DNA from: an uncultured bacterium
GTDB lineage: Bacteria; Bacillota_I; Bacilli_A; RFN20; CAG-826
Direction of reading: 5' to 3'
DNA: 64,000 nt
Assembly: GCA_949285325.1 (NCBI GenBank)
Contig: CASDYZ010000007.1
Span: 17,215 to 81,214, forward strand
How positions within the stretch are numbered: position 1 is the first letter of the stretch; each line of letters opens with the position of its first letter. Position numbers and translations under genes: made by a program. This document shows, piece after piece, positions 9,918-19,890 of this stretch. The notes below the pieces were generated by a model. The model saw only the letters and a list, made by a program, of their open reading frames with translations, was not told the origin of the DNA and ran no database searches.

Positions 9918-10616
9918 TTAAGGTAATTTATATGTTTCATCACATTTATTTGACCACATTATGGCTTTTTTACCACTGCTAACTAAATATTCATTTGCTT
10001 TGATAAAATGACCACATCCAAACCATCCTCCTTGATTTGCGCCTAAAGGAGAAGGATGTGTTGCTTCTAAAATTAAATGATTTGGATTATGTAGAAATTC
10101 TTTTAACTTTCTAGAAGGCCCACCCCAAAGCATAAAAACAATTGGTTGATTTAGATTGTCAAGTAGAGTCAAAACATCTTTAAAAAATAGTTTATACTCT
10201 TTGATATTGTGTGATAGTCGTTGTTGTTTTCTAACTGACAAAACAGCGTTTAATAATAGCACACCTTGTTTTGCTAAATAAGTTAAGTCTCCGTTTGTCA
10301 TATCCATAGGAAGAGATAATTCTTGTTCAATTTCTTTATATATATTGATTAATGATGGGGGAGGAAGAATCCCTTTTGGAACTGAAAAAGATAAACCCAT
10401 AGCTTGATTAGGATTAGGATAAGGATCTTGCCCAATGATAACAACTTTAACATCTTTTAAAGGGGTGAGGCGAAAAGCGTTAAACAATAATTGTCTAGGC
10501 GGATAACAAATATAATTTTTATATTCCTCATCTAAAAAATTATGTAATCTAACAATATAATCTTTTTTCTTCAATGAGGTAAAAAAATCGTTCCAAGTAT
10601 CAAAATCATTATTCAT
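9918..10616 (-). CDS. ung: Uracil-DNA glycosylase (family 1)
   Basis: GQDPYP, GLSFSV, PPSLINI, GVLLLN, HPSPL. Confidence 0.97.
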   Translation of the reverse strand: MNNDFDTWNDFFTSLKKKDYIVRLHNFLDEEYKNYICYPPRQLLFNAFRLTPLKDVKVVIIGQDPYPNPNQAMGLSFSVPKGILPPPSLINIYKEIEQELSLPMDMTNGDLTYLAKQGVLLLNAVLSVRKQQRLSHNIKEYKLFFKDVLTLLDNLNQPIVFMLWGGPSRKLKEFLHNPNHLILEATHPSPLGANQGGWFGCGHFIKANEYLVSSGKKAIMWSNKCDETYKLP

Positions 10617-10696
10617 ATTTACAATTATCAAATATTTTATTGTTAAAATCTATTATTGATATATGTAAAACAATCAAATTATTCAATTCGTTGTGA

Positions 10697-11461
10697 TTAG
10701 TTTTCTATTATTTCTAATATTCCCAAATCTAGAAAAGACACAATAAGCAAAGATATAGTGTCATATACTTTTGTTTTGTTATATTTTATTTCTTCGTGTT
10801 CAAATATTTGTTTGTTAATTGTGCCCATATTGTCTAATTCTTCATAACCAAAATCCTTTTTGATAATCTCATATATTAACTTTGAGAAATTTTTATAATT
10901 TAAAAATATCCCATCTTCTTTTAAATCTTTAATTGAGTATTTATCTTTAGAATATTGTTTAATTTCTTTGCCACATGAAAATTGTCTATTATCGTTTTTA
11001 GACATTAATATAAAAGATTCAATACTTGGATAACTCAAAAGCAATAGACCATTTATTTCTGTTTCATTGTCTAAAGAATTTTTGAATATATCGATAGCTT
11101 TTAAAATTGCACCTGGTCTATTATTATTTCTATCGCGATCAAAAATAAAATATTTAAAACTATTAATAATTAATAAATCGTTATCTTTCATTTTTTTGTA
11201 AATCGCATCGATATAGTCTTGACTTGTAAAAATTTTATTAATTGCACTGTATTTCATTGGGATCAAATAAACTGTAGAATATTTATCGGTCTTACTTGTA
11301 AGTTTTATGATTCTATCTATACGTTTGTCGTAGGAAACTACTTCATAATTTAAAATTGTATGAAACAAATGAGATAGAATTTCTACTTCGGTGACATCTC
11401 CTTCTACAAAATATATGACCTTGCCTATTCTTTTATTTTTGTTTATTTTAATTTCTTTCAT
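10697..11461 (-). CDS. RloB/AbiLii-like TOPRIM-fold putative nuclease
   Basis: YFVEGDVTE, FIFDRD and LSYPSIESF correspond to the RloB EGxTE / FDxD / SNPxFE motifs; overlaps the upstream ATPase. Confidence 0.65.
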   Translation of the reverse strand: MKEIKINKNKRIGKVIYFVEGDVTEVEILSHLFHTILNYEVVSYDKRIDRIIKLTSKTDKYSTVYLIPMKYSAINKIFTSQDYIDAIYKKMKDNDLLIINSFKYFIFDRDRNNNRPGAILKAIDIFKNSLDNETEINGLLLLSYPSIESFILMSKNDNRQFSCGKEIKQYSKDKYSIKDLKEDGIFLNYKNFSKLIYEIIKKDFGYEELDNMGTINKQIFEHEEIKYNKTKVYDTISLLIVSFLDLGILEIIEN

Positions 11462-12587
11462 ATAAAGGGACTCCGCCAAAAGCACCAGCCAAATACATTT
11501 TTTCCATGTTTTGTGATTCCCTCATGCTATTAGATGAAAACTTGTTCAACACACTACCATTATCATCAAAATCAACAGCAAATACTTGATCAGGTCTAAT
11601 AATGCTCGTTTTTAAAATATTAGTAGAGTGTGAGACAAAAAACAGTTGAGATTCGGTGCTGTTTTCATAAAAATATTTGACTAGCAACTCTTCTAAATCA
11701 TTGTGAAATCCAGAAGAAAATTCATCAACGGCGAGTATCCCACCATTTTTAATAACCATTAAATATGATGGCAAAAAATTTAATAAAATTTTATTGCCTA
11801 GTGATTCGAGATAAAAAGGTATCGGAGAAAGGTTTTTTCTTTTAATACGAAGCCTATTGGCGAAGGGAATTAATTCTATATTCCCAACGTCAGTTTTTGT
11901 ATATTCAATTCTAAAAGAGAAATTAAATCTTTCTAAAAAATCATTAATGTCTTTTTCACCATATTTGTCTAAATATGTTTGAAGAAATATTTCTCTATTA
12001 GTCGAAGCATCAAAAGAAACAAAAGGAACAACACTGCGGATAGGATTAAAATAGATAGATTTTTTAAGAAAATCAAATTCTTTTTTTAAGCATGGATAAA
12101 GAACAAAACCAGTATTGAAATAAATAGTCTTTAAAAATAATGTGTTAGGGTCAATAGAGTCATAATCTTCGTTTTCGGTAATATATGATTTTGCGGAACA
12201 ATTAACCCTATTCAATAACATTTTATCGTTTTCATATAACAATTCTTTTGTGATGCCTTTGGTTTTATGAAATTCAATTTCATATGTTAAATAAACATTT
12301 GCGTCTGGTTTAAAAACATAAGTAAAAGACATAGTGTTAGATTTTGTAAATCTAGAAAATAAATCGATTTGAACTGTATAATTTTTAAATAATAAATCCA
12401 ATAATAAAGTTATCGCGTTAAGTGCGTTAGTTTTGCCCGATGCATTCGCACCGTAAAAGGCACAACCCTTTAAAATATTATTAAATATATTTGCGTCCTT
12501 TAAATATTCAATTTTACTCGGCGCTAAATCTATAACTGTTTCTGAAGAAAAAGATTTAAAATTATTAAATTTAATTTTGACTAACAT
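11448..12587 (-). CDS. AAA_21 (RloA/AbiLi-like) ABC-type ATPase
   Basis: N-terminal NFKSF, Walker A GANASGKT, signature ESLG, Walker B LAVDE, H-switch VSH, C-terminal YLAGAFGGVP; GGAGG SD before ATG 12587. Confidence 0.85.
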   Translation of the reverse strand: MLVKIKFNNFKSFSSETVIDLAPSKIEYLKDANIFNNILKGCAFYGANASGKTNALNAITLLLDLLFKNYTVQIDLFSRFTKSNTMSFTYVFKPDANVYLTYEIEFHKTKGITKELLYENDKMLLNRVNCSAKSYITENEDYDSIDPNTLFLKTIYFNTGFVLYPCLKKEFDFLKKSIYFNPIRSVVPFVSFDASTNREIFLQTYLDKYGEKDINDFLERFNFSFRIEYTKTDVGNIELIPFANRLRIKRKNLSPIPFYLESLGNKILLNFLPSYLMVIKNGGILAVDEFSSGFHNDLEELLVKYFYENSTESQLFFVSHSTNILKTSIIRPDQVFAVDFDDNGSVLNKFSSNSMRESQNMEKMYLAGAFGGVPLYERN

Positions 12588-12603
12588 ATCAACCTCCATG
12601 TTT

Positions 12604-12654
12604 ATTATAGTAATTTTTTTACATCAAAACAATATAATATGTAATTTTTTTACA
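12604..12654 (-). promoter_or_regulatory. SigA promoter of the ATPase pair with two palindromic operator-like boxes
   Basis: TTGTTT-17-TATAAT on the minus strand; GTAATTTTTTTACA repeated at 12610-12623 and 12641-12654. Confidence 0.55.
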
Positions 12655-12704
12655 GTTGCTCAATTAAATTGTTTTCTTTCGACTAAAATAATTATAATAA
12701 AAGC

Positions 12705-13799
12705 ATGAAAATACTCTTTGTTTTTAACCATCCCGCACCTTATAAGGTTGCGTTATTTAACGAATTAGCAAAACATGACGATATAGATTTGACAGTCTTT
12801 TTTGAAAGGATGAAAAATTCTGACCGCAAAAACGCGTTTTATAATGAAAAAACTTTTCAATTTAAAACTATTTTTCTTAAAAAAGGATATGTCGGTAAAG
12901 AAAATTCATTTTCATTTAAATTAAAAAAATACATAAAAAAACACTATAAAGAATTTGATTTAATCATCATGAATGGCTATTCCACATTTACAGAACTTTT
13001 TGCCATTAGATACATGATTAAACATAATATCCCGTATGTCTTTTATATTAATGGGGGCATCGTAAAAAAAGATAACCCGATAAAATATAAAATTAAAACT
13101 AATGTGATAAAACACGCTTTAAAATGTTTTTCACCATGCATTGAAGCAGATGAATATCTATACCATTACGGTGCAAAAAAAGAAGACATTTTTCACTACC
13201 CTTATTCAACTGTCTATGACAATGAAGTTCTTGCTAAACCTTTAACTAGAGAAGAAAAAGATATCATTAGAGATAAATACGCTCTTCCTAAAAATGTTGT
13301 CATCGCATCAGCGTTTTCTCAATTTATAAAAAGAAAAAATATTCTTGAGATGTTAGAAATATTTAAAGATAGAAAAGAATATTTATTACTGATTGGAGAT
13401 GGACCAGAAAAAGAAGAATATATCGAATATATCAAACAAGAAAAAATGAGAAATATTATCATCGTGTCATTCATGTCCAAAAAAGATTTATTTGAAATAA
13501 TTAAATCAACTGATTTCCATATCACTCTTTCAAATGAGGACATATATGGTCATACGATCAATGAAGCTTTTGCTAACGGCCTTCCTACTATCGCCTCTAA
13601 CAATATTATATCCGCCCAACATTTAATCAAGAACAATATCAATGGTTTTATAGTCAAAGATAAATCTTCAACGATAAAAGCTCTTGACAATATCGATAAA
13701 ATCAATATTAATAATGTGTTGAATACCGCGAGAGAAAACACGATTGAACTATCCGCGAGTATTCATTACGAAAGATTTAAGGGATTATTAAAAAAATGA
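12705..13799 (+). CDS. Glycosyltransferase family 4
   Basis: NHPAPYK N-terminus, RKN, GDGPEK, EDIYGHTINEA (E-x7-E). Confidence 0.88.
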   Translation: MKILFVFNHPAPYKVALFNELAKHDDIDLTVFFERMKNSDRKNAFYNEKTFQFKTIFLKKGYVGKENSFSFKLKKYIKKHYKEFDLIIMNGYSTFTELFAIRYMIKHNIPYVFYINGGIVKKDNPIKYKIKTNVIKHALKCFSPCIEADEYLYHYGAKKEDIFHYPYSTVYDNEVLAKPLTREEKDIIRDKYALPKNVVIASAFSQFIKRKNILEMLEIFKDRKEYLLLIGDGPEKEEYIEYIKQEKMRNIIIVSFMSKKDLFEIIKSTDFHITLSNEDIYGHTINEAFANGLPTIASNNIISAQHLIKNNINGFIVKDKSSTIKALDNIDKININNVLNTARENTIELSASIHYERFKGLLKK

Positions 13800-14959
13800 A
13801 AATACTATATTTTACAACCGCGATAGATAAACAAGATTTCCAAAATTTTTTAAAAAGATGGTCTAGTTCACCTAACCCTTCACAACAAAATTTTCACGAT
13901 AAAATGATACGCTCACTAGCAATAAATAACGATGTCAGTGTCATATCGCTTAGACCATTCTCAAAACAACTTTGTTTAGATAATTATCTCCCTTACGAAG
14001 AAAAGACAATTGATAATATTCACTACTACTATTTAAAAGTTAAAAAACATCGTCTCGATAGATATTTTTCATACGCTAAACAAATTAAAAAATTGATGAA
14101 AAGCATCAACACTGATGACGCGCTTATTATTACCGACACCATTAATCCAATGGTCATTACATTCGCTAAAAAATATTCTAATAAATATGATTTGCCTATT
14201 GTTGGTATTTGTACTGATTCCCCTAGCAATATATCAAACACTAAACGTTCATATACTCTATATCTTTTAGATAAAACCAATAATCTAGATGGATATATTT
14301 GCCTCACAAAAGGTTTAAATGATTTATTTAATCCTAAACAAAGACCATCGATCATTATTGAAGGTATTGTAGAAAATAAATTAGTTAAAACTAAACTACC
14401 AGAAAATATTACAAAACCATATTTTCTTTACGCCGGGACACTGCTCCCATATTACGGGATATATAATCTTATCGACGCTTATAAAAAATTAAATAGAAAT
14501 GATGTAAGTTTATATATTTTAGGTCACCATGCGAATGAAAAAGAATTGATGGAAAAGATAAAAGGATACGACATACATTATCTAGGTACCCTGCCAGTAG
14601 AAAAAACTATACAATTTGAATCACACGCGCTTGCAAATATTAATCCAAGACCAACAAATGAGGATTTAGATCGCTTTTCTATCCCTTCAAAAACTATCGA
14701 ATATCTTTTTAGTTCACGCCCAGTGGTGAGCGTGAAAAACACACGCATTCAAAAATATTTTAACGATGAGATTATTTGGTGCAAATCTTCTTCTTGTGAC
14801 GATTTATTATTCGGTTTAAATAGGGTGATGGAATTAAATAGTGAAGAAAGAAAAAAATTAGGTGAAAACGGATATAGAAAAGTTATTGATTTATATTCTT
14901 TAAATTCGGTAAATAAAAAATTAATTCCCTTTCTTAACTCTATTAAAAATAGTTATTAA
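13796..14959 (+). CDS. Glycosyltransferase (GT4/GT-B)
   Basis: LYAGTL..YYGI, INPRP, FSIPSKTIEYL; ATGA overlap with upstream gene. Confidence 0.85.
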   Translation: MKILYFTTAIDKQDFQNFLKRWSSSPNPSQQNFHDKMIRSLAINNDVSVISLRPFSKQLCLDNYLPYEEKTIDNIHYYYLKVKKHRLDRYFSYAKQIKKLMKSINTDDALIITDTINPMVITFAKKYSNKYDLPIVGICTDSPSNISNTKRSYTLYLLDKTNNLDGYICLTKGLNDLFNPKQRPSIIIEGIVENKLVKTKLPENITKPYFLYAGTLLPYYGIYNLIDAYKKLNRNDVSLYILGHHANEKELMEKIKGYDIHYLGTLPVEKTIQFESHALANINPRPTNEDLDRFSIPSKTIEYLFSSRPVVSVKNTRIQKYFNDEIIWCKSSSCDDLLFGLNRVMELNSEERKKLGENGYRKVIDLYSLNSVNKKLIPFLNSIKNSY

Positions 14960-16120
14960 TTCATCGCAAATAGCAGCGATTGAGCGGTTTTTTAAATAAT
15001 GAGATTGATTTTTATTTCCCATATTTTTCAATTCTTTTTTATTTAATGTCATCGCATATTTTATTCCTTTAACAATAGAGTCAGTATCTTCATCGACAAA
15101 AATACCTCCTCCCGCTTCTTCTAATTCACTTTTACCATCGCCTTTTAAACACGCGATAATCGGTTTAGAAAAAGTCATATAAAACATTAATTTATTTGGG
15201 ATGGTTTTTCCAACATATCCGTCGCTTTTTAAACCAACGTACAGTATAGACGCTCCTTTCAAATAAGGGGCGGCAGTAGGCGCGTACATTGGACCATAAA
15301 ACTTAACGTTATCTTCCACGTGATATTTTTTAATATTTGCTTGGAGTTCATCGCTTTTTGGACCCATGCCGATGATGTGGAGAAAGACGTTTTTATCATC
15401 TAGTTTTGAAATAACTTCTGGCAGTTTTTCTACCATTTGTATTTGTCCGATATTACCGCAGTAGACGATGTGGAAACCTTCACCAAAATCATGTGTAGAA
15501 ATTTCAGCGTTATCCTCAATTAGAGATGGTTGAGGAACAAAGGCTATTGGTGTGTTTTCTATTTTTAATACATCACGAAAATAGTTTTCAAATGAAGGTG
15601 AACCTACGCATATATGGTCGGCTTTAGAATATAAAGCTTTACTCCATTTATATAATATTTTATATGTTAAAGATTTTTTCCTAACAGCGTGGGTAATTAA
15701 TACAGATTCAGGCCATAGATCGACACAGTGGGCGACATGTGGCACTTTCTTTTTCTTTTTATATAGATTAGCTGGGGAAAGAATTGTGACTGGAGAAAGA
15801 GACATAGAATAAACAATGTCAAAATCTTTATCTAAATTCTTTTTAATCCATCTTTTTGAATTTCTCCAAAACGATAAATAATTTCTTATTATTGAGAATC
15901 TAGATTTACTTCTTGCAACTAATTTGACTCTATATACTTTTACACCATTAATTATTTCAAATTTAGTGTTTTTGTATTCTGGAATAATTTGACCTAGCCC
16001 ATAGTTAGGTAGGCCAGTAAGAACAGAGACATCATGTCCTTTTTTACTCAACGTTTCAGCAATTTTAGAAATGACAAAATTTTCTGGATAATAATACTGA
16101 CAAACAATTAAAATTTTCAT
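14921..16120 (-). CDS. Glycosyltransferase family 4 (WbuB-like)
   Basis: QYYYPE, VLTGLPNYG, DLWPES, YCGNIG..Q, TIPNKL..YM. Confidence 0.9.
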   Translation of the reverse strand: MKILIVCQYYYPENFVISKIAETLSKKGHDVSVLTGLPNYGLGQIIPEYKNTKFEIINGVKVYRVKLVARSKSRFSIIRNYLSFWRNSKRWIKKNLDKDFDIVYSMSLSPVTILSPANLYKKKKKVPHVAHCVDLWPESVLITHAVRKKSLTYKILYKWSKALYSKADHICVGSPSFENYFRDVLKIENTPIAFVPQPSLIEDNAEISTHDFGEGFHIVYCGNIGQIQMVEKLPEVISKLDDKNVFLHIIGMGPKSDELQANIKKYHVEDNVKFYGPMYAPTAAPYLKGASILYVGLKSDGYVGKTIPNKLMFYMTFSKPIIACLKGDGKSELEEAGGGIFVDEDTDSIVKGIKYAMTLNKKELKNMGNKNQSHYLKNRSIAAICDELITIFNRVKKGN

Positions 16121-16205
16121 TCTTTAATTTTATCAATATTTGATTTTCTTTTATATAGTAAAGTTAGATGTATTAAAAATATTAAAAACAATTATAATTG
16201 AATGT

Positions 16206-17726
16206 ATGAAAGACAACATTAGAGTAAATGTCGTTATTAATATTATTAGAACGATTGTCTTAACTTTATTATCATTTGTCACGTTTCCTTGGGTTTGTCG
16301 TTATTTAATGGATGAAGCGATGGGGCTTTACACATGGCTTACCACTTTTACTGGTTATTTTTTAATACTAGCGAGAATAGGTATACCTAACCTAGCGATA
16401 AGAGAATGTGTCAAAGTTAGAGATAATAAAGAATTATTATCAAATAAAGTTCAATCGTTTTTCTTGCTTCAAATGATTGCAACCGCCTTATCATTTATAG
16501 TCATGGTGGGAGTAATATTTTCTGTCCCAAGTCTAAGAGCGAGCAAAGATTTAATATTTATTTTAAGTTTAAATTTCTTGTCGGGTGCTTTTTCATTTGA
16601 ATGGGTATTTATCGCTTTAGAAAAACAATACTATATGTCGGTAAGAAGCATCATCGTTTTAGCGACCACGGCGATTCTAATAATATCTTTTGTCACCACC
16701 CCAAGCGATATTTATATTTATGCATTTTTGACAGTCTTAGGGACAATTTTAACAATTATAATCAATGTCATTTATGTTAGACCTTATATCTCTTTTAAAA
16801 AGACGATGCCTTATTCTTATAAAGAATACATAAGACCTTTATTAATTTTATTTGCTTTGAGTTTTGTCATATCTTTATACAATCAAATAGATACATTGAT
16901 TTTAGGCTTTATAGATGAATCAAAAGCGGAAGTTGCCTCTTACTCAGTAGGGGTTAAAGGGATTGATATTATCATCGGCATCATGAGTGCTTTAAGCACT
17001 GTATTTGTTCCTAGAAGCGCATTTTATTATGAAAAAGAAGATAAGAGATTCTTTAATAATTTGAATCGATATTCAATAAACATTGGGGTATTTATAACCA
17101 TTCCCGCTATCATAACTATGTCAGTGCTCGCAGCCCCTATTTGTTCATTGATTTCTGGTAATTACTATCTTTCTCTTTCAAGTGAATATGGTACATCGTA
17201 TCTAGTTTTAATTATTCTCGCCTCGATGATGGTGACCTATTCGATAAGTGAGATGATTTATGGACAAATTTTATTACCTATGAAAAAAGAAAAATATTAT
17301 TTATTCACCCTTTTAGGTGGGGCAGTTTTAAATATGATTTTATGTGTCATATTTTCTCTTTACGTTTTCCCCACCCACCCATCTATTGGTATTGCAATAT
17401 CAACGATGATAGTCGAAATATTAGTCATATTAACTTTGACAATTATTTCTTGGAAATGGATTAAAAGGGCTGTCTTTAATAAAAACAATTTAAAAATACT
17501 TATTGCTGGGGTATTAATTTTAATCGCCTCAATACTACTTTCTAACCCACTGTTAAACTGGTATCAAGAAATATTTAGTAATTTAGGAATCGGTTATATT
17601 TATATTCTCCAAATACTTTCTATCGTTGTTATCGATGCACTAATTTATATTGGTTCACTATTAATAATGAAAGAAAATCTCATCTTATCATTCTTAGGTA
17701 AAAGAAAAACTCTTCCTATTGAATAA
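16206..17726 (+). CDS. Polysaccharide flippase (Wzx/RfbX, MOP superfamily)
   Basis: N..RT...L.FVTFPWVCRYL, GIPNLAIRE, LYNQIDTLILGF, VFVPR; about 14 TM. Confidence 0.88.
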   Translation: MKDNIRVNVVINIIRTIVLTLLSFVTFPWVCRYLMDEAMGLYTWLTTFTGYFLILARIGIPNLAIRECVKVRDNKELLSNKVQSFFLLQMIATALSFIVMVGVIFSVPSLRASKDLIFILSLNFLSGAFSFEWVFIALEKQYYMSVRSIIVLATTAILIISFVTTPSDIYIYAFLTVLGTILTIIINVIYVRPYISFKKTMPYSYKEYIRPLLILFALSFVISLYNQIDTLILGFIDESKAEVASYSVGVKGIDIIIGIMSALSTVFVPRSAFYYEKEDKRFFNNLNRYSINIGVFITIPAIITMSVLAAPICSLISGNYYLSLSSEYGTSYLVLIILASMMVTYSISEMIYGQILLPMKKEKYYLFTLLGGAVLNMILCVIFSLYVFPTHPSIGIAISTMIVEILVILTLTIISWKWIKRAVFNKNNLKILIAGVLILIASILLSNPLLNWYQEIFSNLGIGYIYILQILSIVVIDALIYIGSLLIMKENLILSFLGKRKTLPIE

Positions 17727-17788
17727 TTATTTAAAACATTGGACTTTTACATACTTTTTATAAAATTTCTATTAATTTTAAGTAAAAT

Positions 17789-17838
17789 AAAAGAGGTTTA
17801 TTTAGAATAATATTCGTTTCCTTTTAAACCTCTTTTTT
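17789..17838. terminator. Bidirectional long-loop hairpin terminator
   Basis: AAAAGAGGTTTA / TAAACCTCTTTT inverted repeat between convergent wzx and LRR genes. Confidence 0.7.
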
Positions 17839-17850
17839 AATTAGATTATT

Positions 17851-19890
17851 TTACCATTTTACTGGGTTGTTATTTTCGTCGTAATGCCAGAAGCCAACAA
17901 AATATTCACCCACTTCTTCACTTGGTGAAGATTCACTGTAGGCGTAAAGCTCTACGCTGTCATCATGCCAACCTTCATTAATTCGACGTTGGCTTTCATA
18001 TTCACTTACTGACATTTCAATATAAATTGGCATCTTCTCTTCGCCCTCTTCTCTTACACCATAAATTACATTTTCTTCAAGTGTTTCAATAGTAGAAGGT
18101 ATAATTAAATATTCTAATGAACTAGTATTTGCAAACGCATCTTCATTGATACGATTAAATCTAGAACCGCTTGGTAAAGTGACAGTTTCTAACGAAGTAC
18201 AGTTCATAAACATTCCAACAGGAATGGTTCTAATATTTTGATTGTTAGAGAAGGATACATTCGTTAAAGATACACAACCATTAAATATGTTAGGGTTAAG
18301 TGTTTCTACACTGCTAGGAAGAGTGATACTACTGAGGTTAGAACAATCTCTAAACGCACCTTCTTCGATGGTGGTTAGAGAAGATTCTTCACCATTTTCT
18401 CCACTTAAGAACACTACTTCTGTTAGAGTTTCTAATCCTCTAAACAAATTTTGTCCAATTGTTCTAAGTGTATGAGGTATTTCAACTCTCTCTATAGAAG
18501 TACCAGCAAACACATATCCATTTGTGCTCGTCGACGAATTAGCAGTTGTCGTTACTGAAGTAGGTATGTAGATAGTATTATTATCTACACATCTATCCAA
18601 CAATTCTCCTTCATCGTCAAGAAGAAGAAGAGACTTAAAATTGCTAGAATTATAAAATGCACGAGCGTTAATTCTCACTGGTCCATTATCATACATATAA
18701 ACAGTTTCTAATTCATTACATTCGCTTAAAACATAGTCATCAATCGACTGTACACTCTTTGGGAATGTAAATGATGTCAATGCAGTTTTTGCAAGAGCAG
18801 AATAACCAATAGAAGTAATTTTAGATGCATCAGTAAAAGTCAATGAAGATAGATTGACACATCCGTCAAATACATAACTTGAAATGTTGATCGCGGGATA
18901 AACAATTTCAGTCACTCCTAGGCAATTTTGAAACGCTCCTTCACCAATATAAGTGACGTGAGATAAATCTCTCGAAATATTAGCTGATGTGTTTTTAAAA
19001 CAATAAGCACCATAGGAACTTACTGTATTAGGAACATAAGCATCGACTAAATTAGGGCAGTCCGCAAAAGCATAGTCGCCAATTGTGGTGACATTTTCTG
19101 GGAAAGCAACACCTTCTAAATTAGTACAATTTTGGAAGGATTGAGTAGGGATAGTCTCTAAGTATGAAGGCATCTCGACAAAGACGAGATTTTCATTCCC
19201 ATCAAATAGACCTTCCATCCACTGATTAACATCAGCAATTTGAGAAAAATAATAAACAGGAGAAGAAGCATATTGTGAAGGAATTTGGCTATCTTCATCT
19301 TTTAAAATGATAGAATTAGGCTCAAAATAATCTTCTCCAACATTTAGTAAAATATCATTGACCACGACGACATCATCATTTGGGAAATTTGCTTCAAACG
19401 CGGTGTTGGTGAACGCTGCTGTTCCGATGCTGTCGATATTTTTAGAAAATACGATTGTCTCTAAATTAGTGCAGTTAGCAAATGCACGAGAACCAATAGA
19501 TTTAATATTGTCAGTCATGACAATTTTTTTAATACGAGACGCGCCGACAAAAGCGTTGTCCCCGATAGCGGTAATCTTATGTCCATTGATTTCAGAAGGA
19601 ATTCTAAAAGTTGATGGATAATTAGCACTACCATTAATAGCGACGACAGTCGCTTCTGTATCGCTACCAGTCGCATATGCATATGTTAAATATCCAAGTG
19701 TCGTATAGTCTACTAGCCACTGCGTCGCCGCAAGATAATAGACTACACCAATCAAGATGAGTACAACCCCAAGAATAGGAAGCCCGATAGCGTAGTTTCT
19801 TTGTTTAGGTGTCAATTTTCTTTTCTTTTGTTTATCTTCAGGTTCAGGAAGATAAATATCTTCAGATAAATCGTAAACATTTTTAGCCAT
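17851..19890 (-). CDS. BspA-type (TpLRR/LRR_5) leucine-rich-repeat surface protein
   Basis: N-terminal TM anchor; many IGxxAFxxCxNLxxIxxP repeats; GGAGG SD inside oppF. Confidence 0.9.
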   Translation of the reverse strand: MAKNVYDLSEDIYLPEPEDKQKKRKLTPKQRNYAIGLPILGVVLILIGVVYYLAATQWLVDYTTLGYLTYAYATGSDTEATVVAINGSANYPSTFRIPSEINGHKITAIGDNAFVGASRIKKIVMTDNIKSIGSRAFANCTNLETIVFSKNIDSIGTAAFTNTAFEANFPNDDVVVVNDILLNVGEDYFEPNSIILKDEDSQIPSQYASSPVYYFSQIADVNQWMEGLFDGNENLVFVEMPSYLETIPTQSFQNCTNLEGVAFPENVTTIGDYAFADCPNLVDAYVPNTVSSYGAYCFKNTSANISRDLSHVTYIGEGAFQNCLGVTEIVYPAINISSYVFDGCVNLSSLTFTDASKITSIGYSALAKTALTSFTFPKSVQSIDDYVLSECNELETVYMYDNGPVRINARAFYNSSNFKSLLLLDDEGELLDRCVDNNTIYIPTSVTTTANSSTSTNGYVFAGTSIERVEIPHTLRTIGQNLFRGLETLTEVVFLSGENGEESSLTTIEEGAFRDCSNLSSITLPSSVETLNPNIFNGCVSLTNVSFSNNQNIRTIPVGMFMNCTSLETVTLPSGSRFNRINEDAFANTSSLEYLIIPSTIETLEENVIYGVREEGEEKMPIYIEMSVSEYESQRRINEGWHDDSVELYAYSESSPSEEVGEYFVGFWHYDENNNPVKW

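Noticed and set aside
10671..12673. CAATCAAATTATT / CAATTAAATTGTT flanking the defence pair as a target-site duplication
   Set aside because: Imperfect and AT-only; expected by chance
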